NCBI GenBank assembly: GCA_037447365.1
Contig: JBBIGU010000001.1
Coordinates: 9,670-73,669, forward strand
DNA length: 64,000 bases
DNA from: Candidatus Peregrinibacteria bacterium
Lineage (GTDB): Bacteria > Patescibacteriota > Gracilibacteria > UBA1369 > UBA12463
Direction: 5' to 3'
The position numbers were made by a program, and so were the translations under genes. Each line of letters opens with the position of its first letter. Positions within the stretch are counted from its first letter, which is position 1. Shown here piece by piece: positions 56,159 to 64,000 of the stretch. Below the pieces are notes generated by a model, which saw nothing but the letters and a program-made list of their open reading frames with translations, had not been told where the DNA came from and did not search any database.

Positions 56159-56815
56159 TTATGTTAGGGATTTTTTAAGACTTTCTCGAAGGTCGTTGGC
56201 GATTTGTGTGTCAGAAATTTGCATGAGCATTTCTTCAAAAAATCCTTCGATCATGAGTTCGCGTGCTTGCTGCTCGTCAAGTCCGCGTGATCTGAGGTAG
56301 AAGAGTGCCTCCTCGTCAACTTGGCCTACTGATGCGCTGTGTCCGGCTTTTACATCGTTGGCTTCGATCTCAAGTGCTGGGACAGATTTCGACTTGGCCT
56401 GTTTGGAAAGAAGCATTGTGTCGTGAGAAAGTTGACCATCATTTCCGGTGGTATGTTTCTCGATTCGAATGAGTCCGAAATAGTCGGATTTCGCCTCGTC
56501 CCGGAGAAGTGTTCTGACGTTGGTATGTGCGGTAGTGGAATTTCCCGAGTGAATCGTTCGTGTTTCGAATTTCACCTGGTCGTGATTTTTCCCTGCGAAT
56601 AAGCCATAAATTCGAGCCTTGCTGTTATCACCTTTGAGCTCGAATTGGATGATGCTTTTTGATGATGCGGTTTCTTGTGATTCCACTGGCGCGTCCTTGA
56701 ACGACATAATATATTCAATCTCGGCGTTTGGTTCGAGAATGATCGTGTGTGATCCTGGTTTGTCCTGGAAGATCAGCTGTTTTTTGTTGGCGGGGATGGT
56801 GATGGTTTGAGTCAT
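56159..56815 (-). CDS. sufD: Fe-S cluster assembly protein SufD (short, 218 aa)
   Basis: Beta-helix/C-terminal SufD-like region (LEIEANDVKAGHSASVGQVDEEALFYLRSRGL). It sits between sufB and sufS. Confidence 0.8.
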   Translation of the reverse strand: MTQTITIPANKKQLIFQDKPGSHTIILEPNAEIEYIMSFKDAPVESQETASSKSIIQFELKGDNSKARIYGLFAGKNHDQVKFETRTIHSGNSTTAHTNVRTLLRDEAKSDYFGLIRIEKHTTGNDGQLSHDTMLLSKQAKSKSVPALEIEANDVKAGHSASVGQVDEEALFYLRSRGLDEQQARELMIEGFFEEMLMQISDTQIANDLRESLKKSLT

Positions 56816-56866
56816 AATTTTGGTTAAGAGGGGACGGGAACGGGAACAAAGTGTGGGCCGCTTCGC

Positions 56867-58282
56867 TTACCCCACACTCCCTTCCATTTCGAGGGCGATC
56901 AGGCGGTTAAGTTCGAGAGCGTATTCCATTGGGAATTCTTTGATGAGTGGTGCGAGGAATCCATTGACGATCATGTTGCTGGCTTCTTGTTCGGAGAGGC
57001 CGCGAGACATGAGATAAAATAACTGCTCTTCGGAAATTTTCGTGACGGTTGCTTCGTGTGCGATGGCGACATTATTTTCGTCGATCTGCATCGTTGGGTA
57101 GGTGTCGGTAGAGGATTCCGTGTCGAGAAGAAGTGCGTCGCATGTTACGCGAGAACGGCTTCTTTCTGCGCCTGGAGCGACTTGCAAGAGTCCACGATAT
57201 GATGTTCGTCCACCACGAAGTGAGATAGATTTTGCGTTAATCACCGAAGATGTATCTGGTGCGAGGTGAATAATTTTTCCACCGGCATCTTGGTGTTGAT
57301 CTTTGTTGGCCATGGCGATCGAGAGAATTTCTCCGCGTGCACCTTTTCCACGTAAATAAATACTTGGATATTTCATCGTAAGTTTTGAGCCGATGTTACA
57401 GTCGAGCCACATCATCGTCGCGTTTTCGTGGGCGATAGCGCGCTTCGTAACGAGGTTGTAGACGTTACGTGACCAGTTTTGAACGGTGGTGTATTGAACG
57501 CGTGCGTCCTTGTGAACGACGATTTCAACGACGGCTGAGTGTAATGAATTTGTTGTGTAAATCGGTGCGGTGCATCCTTCTGTGTAGTGAACGGACGAGC
57601 CTTCTTCGGCGATGATGAGGGTTCGTTCGAACTGTCCGGCATTCTCTGCGTTGATACGGAAGTAGGCCTGAAGAGGGAGTTCGACGTGCACACCTTTTGG
57701 AATGTAGACAAACGATCCGCCGCTCCATACTGCGGAATTCAGCGCTGCGAGCTTGTTGTCTCGTGGTGGGACAACGGTTGCGAAATATTTTCGTACGAGG
57801 TCTGGATATTTCTGAACGGCTGTATCGGTGTCCACGAAAATCACCCCTTTTTCTTCGAGATGTTTTTGAAGTGAGTGATAGATTGTTTCACTTTCGAACT
57901 GTGCGCCAACACCTGAGAGAAACTTTCTCTCGGCTTCTGGAACGCCCAATTTATCAAAGGTATTTTTAATCTCCTGCGGAACGTCGTCCCAACTCTTTGC
58001 CTTGTTTCCGCCCGGCTTGATGTAGTAGTAAATATCTTCAAAATCGATGTCCTTGAGATACGAACTTCCCCAAGTCGGCATCGGTTTCTCTCGATAGATT
58101 TTGTAGGCTTTAAGCCGAAAATCGAGCATCCATTCTGGTTCTTTTTTGTGCGCAGAAATCATTCGCACGATTTCTTCCGTGAGGCCTTTTTCTGATTTGA
58201 ACTCGTACTTTTCCTCGGTTTTGAAACCGTATCGATAGTCAGTGAGCTGCTGTGTAATTTCTTTTTGCTGTTTGGTTGCCAT
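56867..58282 (-). CDS. sufB: Fe-S cluster assembly protein SufB
   Basis: 471 aa, including YRYGF, EGCTAP and [22 protein letters not shown]. Confidence 0.95.
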   Translation of the reverse strand: MATKQQKEITQQLTDYRYGFKTEEKYEFKSEKGLTEEIVRMISAHKKEPEWMLDFRLKAYKIYREKPMPTWGSSYLKDIDFEDIYYYIKPGGNKAKSWDDVPQEIKNTFDKLGVPEAERKFLSGVGAQFESETIYHSLQKHLEEKGVIFVDTDTAVQKYPDLVRKYFATVVPPRDNKLAALNSAVWSGGSFVYIPKGVHVELPLQAYFRINAENAGQFERTLIIAEEGSSVHYTEGCTAPIYTTNSLHSAVVEIVVHKDARVQYTTVQNWSRNVYNLVTKRAIAHENATMMWLDCNIGSKLTMKYPSIYLRGKGARGEILSIAMANKDQHQDAGGKIIHLAPDTSSVINAKSISLRGGRTSYRGLLQVAPGAERSRSRVTCDALLLDTESSTDTYPTMQIDENNVAIAHEATVTKISEEQLFYLMSRGLSEQEASNMIVNGFLAPLIKEFPMEYALELNRLIALEMEGSVG

Positions 58283-58312
58283 GAAAATCTTGGTTGTAAT
58301 ATTGTCTAAAAA

Positions 58313-59083
58313 TTAAGCCGTCACTTCGGTTGATTCGGTAATAAACTTTTCATATCCGCTCGCCTCAACTTCTTCAACGAGGTCCATTTTTCCTGTCTTT
58401 ACAATCTTTCCTGCTGACATGATATGTACGAAATCTGGCTTAATGTAGTTCAAAATTCGCTGGTAGTGCGTGATAAGTAACACTCCACATTGCGTATCTT
58501 TTGCAATTGCCATTGCGCCCTTCGCAACAATTTTCAATGCATCGACATCGAGACCAGAGTCAGTTTCATCGAGAATAGAGAACTTCGGTTCGAAGACCGC
58601 CATCTGCAAAATTTCTGCACGCTTTTTTTCACCGCCAGAAAATCCTTCGTTCACTGATCGTTCGAGGAAGTCTTCGTGGAACTTCAAAATTTTCATCTTC
58701 TCTTTGAGAAGTTTTACGAACTCTGGAATCTTCACTGGTGGTAAACCTTTGGCTGCCAATAAAGCATTTTTTGCCTGTCGTAAAAAGCTCGCATACTTCA
58801 CACCAGGAATTTCTTGTGGATACTGGAAACTCAAAAAGAGTCCAAGTTGCGCGCGTTGATTCGGTTCCATCTCGGTAATACTCATCCCATCGAGTTCGAT
58901 TGTTCCACTTGTGATGGTGTACTTCGGATGACCCATAAGGATGTGACAGAGTGTTGATTTTCCCGATCCGTTCGGACCCATGATCGTGTGAATTTCACCA
59001 GAATTAATCGTGAGAGAAATTCCTTTGAGAATCTCTTTGTCGGCTACCGTAGCGTGTAAATCTTTAATGACGAGCTGTGACAT
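58313..59083 (-). CDS. sufC: Fe-S cluster assembly ATPase SufC
   Basis: Walker A (GPNGSGKST), the ABC signature (FSGGEKKR) and Walker B (ILDETDSGLD). Confidence 0.95.
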   Translation of the reverse strand: MSQLVIKDLHATVADKEILKGISLTINSGEIHTIMGPNGSGKSTLCHILMGHPKYTITSGTIELDGMSITEMEPNQRAQLGLFLSFQYPQEIPGVKYASFLRQAKNALLAAKGLPPVKIPEFVKLLKEKMKILKFHEDFLERSVNEGFSGGEKKRAEILQMAVFEPKFSILDETDSGLDVDALKIVAKGAMAIAKDTQCGVLLITHYQRILNYIKPDFVHIMSAGKIVKTGKMDLVEEVEASGYEKFITESTEVTA

Positions 59084-59540
59084 TGCGTTTTTTGGTTACA
59101 GATTTGATAGGGGATGTGTGAAATTTCTGAATTTTTGGCGTAATAAAGTCCTGAAGCGTGATGCTTGATAATGATTTTTTGAGGTCGTTATTGAGCAGCG
59201 AAAGTCCGTGATGCGTGGTAAATAATTTTTCATTCAAGCATGGGAGTTTTGTTTTTGCTTCGAGTCCGTATGAGATTGATACTGGTCCTTCGAGTGTCTC
59301 GAAAATTTCTCCTAGGGTAACTTCCTGTGGTTTTTTTGAGAGGAAGTATCCGCCTGTTTTGCCTCGAGAAGCCTCTATGAGGCCACTTTTTCGAAGCTCA
59401 TAGGCGATCTTTTGAAGGAACAAAAATGACATAAATCGGCTTTTGGCGAACTCCTTGAGGGAGATGGTCGCCCCTTCTTGCTGCGCCAACTCGATGAGTA
59501 GGAGCAGTCCGTAGTCGATTTTTCGTGATAAATGGAACAT
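59064..59540 (-). CDS. Rrf2 family transcriptional regulator (probable suf regulator)
   Basis: MFHLSRKIDYGLLLLIELA ... IAYELRKSGLIEASRGKTGGYFL. It is the first gene of the suf operon, and its 3' end overlaps sufC by 20 nt. Confidence 0.85.
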   Translation of the reverse strand: MFHLSRKIDYGLLLLIELAQQEGATISLKEFAKSRFMSFLFLQKIAYELRKSGLIEASRGKTGGYFLSKKPQEVTLGEIFETLEGPVSISYGLEAKTKLPCLNEKLFTTHHGLSLLNNDLKKSLSSITLQDFITPKIQKFHTSPIKSVTKKRNVTARH

Positions 59541-59569
59541 TCTTATGGCTTTTTAAAGCTGAATCCCCT

Positions 59570-59594
59570 AATTCATACTAAAATAGTATGAATT
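59570..59594 (-). promoter_or_regulatory. palindromic operator candidate upstream of the Rrf2-suf operon
   Basis: AATTCATACTA-aaa-TAGTATGAATT: perfect 11 bp arms, ending 30 nt upstream of the Rrf2 start codon. Confidence 0.5.
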
Positions 59595-59717
59595 GGAGCC
59601 ATACTTTGCCAGAGAGGGGAGGGAGAGTCAAGATCATTCCTTCCATATTTCTTCAAAATCTTTGTCTTTTGCGTTATTTTTTGCTTTAATTTTCTCTTAT
59701 ATTTAAAAATTTTCCAT

Positions 59718-60365
59718 ATGAATGGTAATGCTCTTGCTCGATTAAGTGCTCAGCCAGTTAGCGAACTTCAAGCGCGTGCGGATCGATTGGCAGAACAGGC
59801 TCGTGCAGCTCGTACGAGACCGGCTCAAGGCATTTCGTCTGCTCTTCGTATGACAAAAGCTGCTATCGCTCGAGCGCTAGAATTGCAAGCTACAGGTGCG
59901 GCAAAAGGTCATGCTGAAAAACCAAATAAACAGCGTTATGCCGACCCTTTCCCTCAATTATCCCATGGAGCCGAAATCCAAAATCTTCATAATGGAATGT
60001 TCGTATTATCCGTTTATAGACCGGATAATTCTAGTCCTGCTCAGGTTAGTGTTTCCACTTCTAGTCGAACGGCTCGTCGAGAATTTCAAGGAAATGTATT
60101 TAAAACGCTTCAGGGCGCCATAAATGCATGCAATGTATATGTTCAAAAAAATGGGGCTTCGGCAGATCGTCCATTGCAATCTCCTGATAGAGAAGTTGAT
60201 TATGTTTATGCTCGTTCACCTCGTGGAAAGGCGGATGAGACAGAAGCTGCTCTTAGAAATCTTCCAAAATTTGGGCCTGGCGAACTGCGCGGTTCCGACT
60301 TTAGGGATGGCGGCAGGGGGAGGGTAACTCATTATCCTGTTCGCAGTTGGGATGAGTGGTTTTAA
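59718..60365 (+). CDS. hypothetical protein, 215 aa
   Basis: A long ORF with an Ala/Arg-rich helical N-terminus. No recognised family. Confidence 0.6.
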   Translation: MNGNALARLSAQPVSELQARADRLAEQARAARTRPAQGISSALRMTKAAIARALELQATGAAKGHAEKPNKQRYADPFPQLSHGAEIQNLHNGMFVLSVYRPDNSSPAQVSVSTSSRTARREFQGNVFKTLQGAINACNVYVQKNGASADRPLQSPDREVDYVYARSPRGKADETEAALRNLPKFGPGELRGSDFRDGGRGRVTHYPVRSWDEWF

Positions 60366-60425
60366 GAACATCCCTGCTCCATAGCGCGAAGAGGTGATGG
60401 TTTGATTTTTGACTGATTTCGAAGT

Positions 60426-60500
60426 TGGTAGCACCAACGGGGATCGAACCCGTATTTCCACCTTGAAAGGGTAGCGTCCTAACCATTAGACGATGGCGCC
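60426..60500 (-). tRNA. tRNA-Glu (anticodon UUC), CCA encoded
   Basis: Hand-folded cloverleaf: acceptor GGCGCCA/TGGTGCT (two G-U pairs), D arm GTCT-AATGGTTA-GGAC, anticodon arm CTACC-CT[TTC]AA-GGTGG, T arm ACGGG-TTCGATC-CCCGT, discriminator A plus CCA. 75 nt. Confidence 0.9.
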
Positions 60501-60627
60501 ACATGCGGCTGGGGAAGTATAGGGAGGGGCCTAAAGAAAGTCAACGGACATGCGTTGGCTTTTGTCGATGGGGTTTGGTTGACCCTGAGCTTTAGTTATG
60601 AAATTATAGCTTTGAAATCCTGTTTTT

Positions 60628-63570
60628 ATGAATACGAATCATCCTATATCGCTATCTCGACGTTTTTTCAGTTTTTTGGCCGGAAGTGTCCTTTTGGTTG
60701 TTTCCGTCGCCGTGACCCCTCAGGCTGGTGCTCAGGAAGTTCCCCAGGCGTTGGTTGATGGTCAGCAGTTTGTTCCGGGGGAGGCGCTTGTGAAGTTCAA
60801 AGAGCAGAAAATTGATATTGAGCAGGTGAGTGGTAAGGCCTCGCTCAATGCATTTATTTCGAATAAAGATCTTACGAAGGAGGATGTGTTTGCTCCTGAA
60901 AATGTGGCCCTCGTTTCTTCCAATACCGGAGAGTCGACAGCGGCACTTATCGATCGATTGGATAATGACTCTCGAGTTGAATACGTGGAGCCGAACTATG
61001 TGCGAAAGGTTTTTGATACGCAGAGGTTTCCGAGCGAAAATACTCCGGGGTCTGGTTATTTTAATTTGCAATGGGCCCTTCATAATACAGGGCAGACGGT
61101 GAATAGCGTTGCTGGTACTGCGGATAGTGATATGGATGCGCCGGAGGCGTGGAATACGACGACAGGAAGTTCAAATGTTATTGTTGCCGTTTTGGATACG
61201 GGTGCTGATATTACTCATCCTGATTTGACCGCTAATCTTTGGGATGGATCGGGTGGATGCGTGGATGATGCGGGCGTTGTTATTGATGGTGGTTGTCCGA
61301 ATCATGGTTGGGATTATGTGAATAATGATAATGATCCAACGGATGATCATTATCATGGTACTCATGTTGCCGGTATTCTCGGGGCTCGTGGCAATAATGG
61401 AGTCGGTATTGCTGGTATGAGTTGGAATGTTTCTGTTATGCCGATCAAGGTGGCGAATGCGGCCGGGCTTTTGACTTCTGCTGACTGGATAAAAGGTTTG
61501 AATTTTGCAAGACGCAATGGTGCTACCATTGTGAATGCGAGTTTTGGAGGTGAGAGTTTTTCTCAGGCTGAGGTGGATGCGCTTACGGCTTTCAATGGGC
61601 TTTTTGTGGCCGCCGCCGGTAACGGCGGCGGCGACCAACTCGGTGACGATAACGACTTACTTCCAACGTATCCTTCAAGTTATAATCTTCCAAATGTTCT
61701 CGCTATCGCTGCAACAGATTCTTCAGATGTCATTGCGAGTTTTTCGAATTACGGGGCTACTACTGTCGATGTTGCTGCTCCAGGTAAAAATATTCTTAGT
61801 ACGTATCCGCAATATCTTTCTGGAATCAATCCTCCATATGCGTATATTAGCGGTACCTCTATGGCGACCCCATATGTTGCTGGTTTGGCAGCACTTATCT
61901 CTGGTTACTATCCCAACCTCACTGTTGCTCAAATCCGTGGAATTATCGAAAGAACAGGGGATAGTATTCCCGCTTTGAGCGGTGTGATTGCGACTGGAAA
62001 GCGTGTTAATGCAGCTAATTCAATCAGTGCATTTGTTCCACAATTAAGTCTCACAAGTGTCGTTCTTGGTGATGATGGTGTGAGTGGCAGAGGACTTGTG
62101 CAGGTGAGTTTTACGGTTACGGATAATGTTGGCGGACTTCCAATAACTCTCAATACTTTTGAATATAGTGTTGATGGCGGTCAGACATTTGTAGCTCCTA
62201 CGAATGCCGATGCAACCCAGGCGCTCAGTGCTTCTTGGGCTGATAATACCTATACCACTTCAGTTACCGGCAATGGTACTCCAACCACATATACTTTTTC
62301 TCTCGATCTTAATCATGCCGATCTTGCAGCTCTTACGACACCGCTTCAGTCAGATGTCAGAATACGCTTTATTGCCAATAATGGCGTTGTGAATTCTGCT
62401 GTGGTGACTTCAAATGACTTTACCCCACCGGTAGCTACCCTTACTGGCGCTCCTGTTGATACGGTATCTGCTACAACAGCATCTGTTACTGTTGGTGGAA
62501 CCGATGTTGTCTCTTATAAATACAAAGTTGATAGTGGTGCATTTAGCGAGTTTATCAATATAGCTACGCCTATCTCTCTTTCTGCGTTGAGTGACGGAAG
62601 TCATACCCTTACTGTTCACGGTAAAGATGCTCAGGAGAATGTTCAGGTAACCCCTACGACTGCAACTTGGTCGGTTGATGCAACGGCTCCAGTGGGAACT
62701 ATCACGCTTGTCACAGCGAGCCCTATGAATACCTCCACTCCTACTATTTCCCTAACCGCCGATGATGCTGGTATTGGAAATGCTGGCATGAAGATGGCTT
62801 TCTCTTGCGATGATATTGCCTATACTGATTTCATTGATTTTGCTGTCTCGCACAATACCTTTGATGTTCAGTCCGGACTCAACGGTTGTGCTGCCTCCGA
62901 TGGCGATCGTCAGATTTTCGTAAAGTTCCGCGACTCACTTGAAAATACCTCTACATCTTATTCGACAGACTCATTCACCGTTCATACTGCTGCGGTTGTT
63001 GCAACGTTTACTTCGACACCTTCTAATGGATCTTCAGTGAATGTTACCTTTGTTGTCGGTGGATCATTTGTTTCTGCGTATAAATATCGTCTTGATTCTT
63101 CATCGGTTGATGCTTTTTCTGCCGATAGACTTGTGGCCCAGAGTATTTCTTTGAGTGACTTGAGTCCGGGGTCTCACACCATAGATGTCATCGCAAAAAG
63201 CGCCTTTGATGTTTATCAATCAACTGATAGTCCAACGACTTATACCTGGACTGTCGCGGCCCCTGTGGTTGTTAGTAATGGTGGAGGAGGTGGCGGTGGA
63301 GGTGGCGGTGGCGGATATTATCTTCCACCCGTGACTACAACTACTTCAAATACACCAAAAAGCTCCCAACCTGTTTCATTGGAAGATCTTAAAAATGATA
63401 TGATTATTAAAGTGAAAAATAGAGCGCTGTACTACATCATGATTGATGGACAACGTAAATTAATTTCCTACTCTGTGTATCGAAAAAAATACTACAAAAC
63501 TTCTCGTGCTGTTACGATTTCTGATACCCTCTTTAAGAAAGTTCCAGCATATCGCCCAACGAAAAAATAA
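60628..63570 (+). CDS. secreted subtilisin-like (S8) serine protease with a long repeat-containing C-terminal region
   Basis: Signal peptide and the catalytic triad motifs VAVLDTGAD, HGTHVAGI and GTSMATPYVAG. Two tandem domains of about 95 aa (..VSYKYKVDSGAFSEF.. and ..VSAYKYRLDSSSVDAF..) and a 12-Gly linker follow. Confidence 0.88.
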   Translation: MNTNHPISLSRRFFSFLAGSVLLVVSVAVTPQAGAQEVPQALVDGQQFVPGEALVKFKEQKIDIEQVSGKASLNAFISNKDLTKEDVFAPENVALVSSNTGESTAALIDRLDNDSRVEYVEPNYVRKVFDTQRFPSENTPGSGYFNLQWALHNTGQTVNSVAGTADSDMDAPEAWNTTTGSSNVIVAVLDTGADITHPDLTANLWDGSGGCVDDAGVVIDGGCPNHGWDYVNNDNDPTDDHYHGTHVAGILGARGNNGVGIAGMSWNVSVMPIKVANAAGLLTSADWIKGLNFARRNGATIVNASFGGESFSQAEVDALTAFNGLFVAAAGNGGGDQLGDDNDLLPTYPSSYNLPNVLAIAATDSSDVIASFSNYGATTVDVAAPGKNILSTYPQYLSGINPPYAYISGTSMATPYVAGLAALISGYYPNLTVAQIRGIIERTGDSIPALSGVIATGKRVNAANSISAFVPQLSLTSVVLGDDGVSGRGLVQVSFTVTDNVGGLPITLNTFEYSVDGGQTFVAPTNADATQALSASWADNTYTTSVTGNGTPTTYTFSLDLNHADLAALTTPLQSDVRIRFIANNGVVNSAVVTSNDFTPPVATLTGAPVDTVSATTASVTVGGTDVVSYKYKVDSGAFSEFINIATPISLSALSDGSHTLTVHGKDAQENVQVTPTTATWSVDATAPVGTITLVTASPMNTSTPTISLTADDAGIGNAGMKMAFSCDDIAYTDFIDFAVSHNTFDVQSGLNGCAASDGDRQIFVKFRDSLENTSTSYSTDSFTVHTAAVVATFTSTPSNGSSVNVTFVVGGSFVSAYKYRLDSSSVDAFSADRLVAQSISLSDLSPGSHTIDVIAKSAFDVYQSTDSPTTYTWTVAAPVVVSNGGGGGGGGGGGGYYLPPVTTTTSNTPKSSQPVSLEDLKNDMIIKVKNRALYYIMIDGQRKLISYSVYRKKYYKTSRAVTISDTLFKKVPAYRPTKK

Positions 63571-63603
63571 TCCTTTGCATTGCTTTGAGTGATTTTCCGA
63601 GTT

Positions 63604-63954
63604 CTATTTCTTTATTTGACTCTTTTTACTCGTAACATACTCTTTCATGTCTGGAGGAGTCATGTCTTTTACATTTCCCGCATCTTCTACGCTTTTGAAA
63701 GACCTCGAGTCAGTTACTTCACTACGCAGTTTCTCATTCTCAATTTGAAGTTGTTCATTCTCGAGTTGAAGTTGTCTGAGCTCATAGCCTTTTTGAGAGG
63801 TTGCGCTTGTCATTGAGACAAATACGGCACTCAAAATGATAATCATACCGCCAAGCGTTAAGACGAGCATCGTGATCGTCTTGTTGGTTTTTCGAGAGAA
63901 CGTCTCTCGACTGAATATCTTTACGTTGCGCTTTGGGAGGATGACCTCATTCAT
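63604..63954 (-). CDS. FtsL/septum-formation-initiator-like bitopic protein
   Basis: One TM helix (ITMLVLTLGGMIIILSAVFVSM) followed by a coiled coil (YELRQLQLENEQLQIENEKLRSEV). Confidence 0.55.
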   Translation of the reverse strand: MNEVILPKRNVKIFSRETFSRKTNKTITMLVLTLGGMIIILSAVFVSMTSATSQKGYELRQLQLENEQLQIENEKLRSEVTDSRSFKSVEDAGNVKDMTPPDMKEYVTSKKSQIKK

Positions 63955-64000
63955 GCTAGAAAGGTTTGATGTGTGTAGATTACTTTTTTGGTTGTACTTC

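Overview
By gene content, this 64 kb window looks like a chromosomal segment from a small-genome, CPR/Patescibacteria-like bacterium. That assignment is an inference from the minimal HrcA and SufD, class I aldolase, lamin-tail-domain and DUF222-like HNH proteins, and a short ComEC. The standard code applies: TAA, TAG and TGA all end conserved genes at their expected C-termini. I support about 60 CDS and one tRNA-Glu(UUC). There are no rRNA genes, CRISPR arrays or recognisable IS/transposase genes. The core content, left to right:
- gap-MFS-hrcA-grpE-orf-dnaK, with perfect CIRCE operators at dnaK and groES
- tsaC
- a partial dcw-like set (rsmH, FtsL-like, mraY, a D,D-carboxypeptidase, an LCP protein)
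- class I fba plus fbp
- an ECF sigma with a FecR-type anti-sigma
- rny
- groES/groEL
- comEC
- two different class II ribonucleotide reductases in tandem, preceded by NrdR-box-like sites and a ferredoxin
- a complete Rrf2-sufCBD-Rieske-sufS-sufU-sufT operon
- an S8 protease

The most unusual region is 48.9-53.5 kb, which is visibly AT-rich. Four co-oriented orphan ORFs there are separated by homologous GC-rich nested palindromes (about 116-118 bp) bounded by RYYYAAC and GTTRRRY boxes. The two flanks of each ORF are inverted repeats of each other, which is integron-cassette/attC-like logic, but no integrase lies in the window. Just upstream of that region is a promoter/leader-peptide/alternative-hairpin/terminator unit that fits a classical attenuator.

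Other points of note:
- an in-frame TAG splitting the LytR_C domain of the LCP protein
- a large protein with an M49 (DPP III)-like HExxH...EEAKA signature
- a Rieske protein in the suf operon lacking its second His ligand
- a palindromic operator candidate in front of the Rrf2 regulator

All alignments and folds were done by eye. No database search or computation was run.
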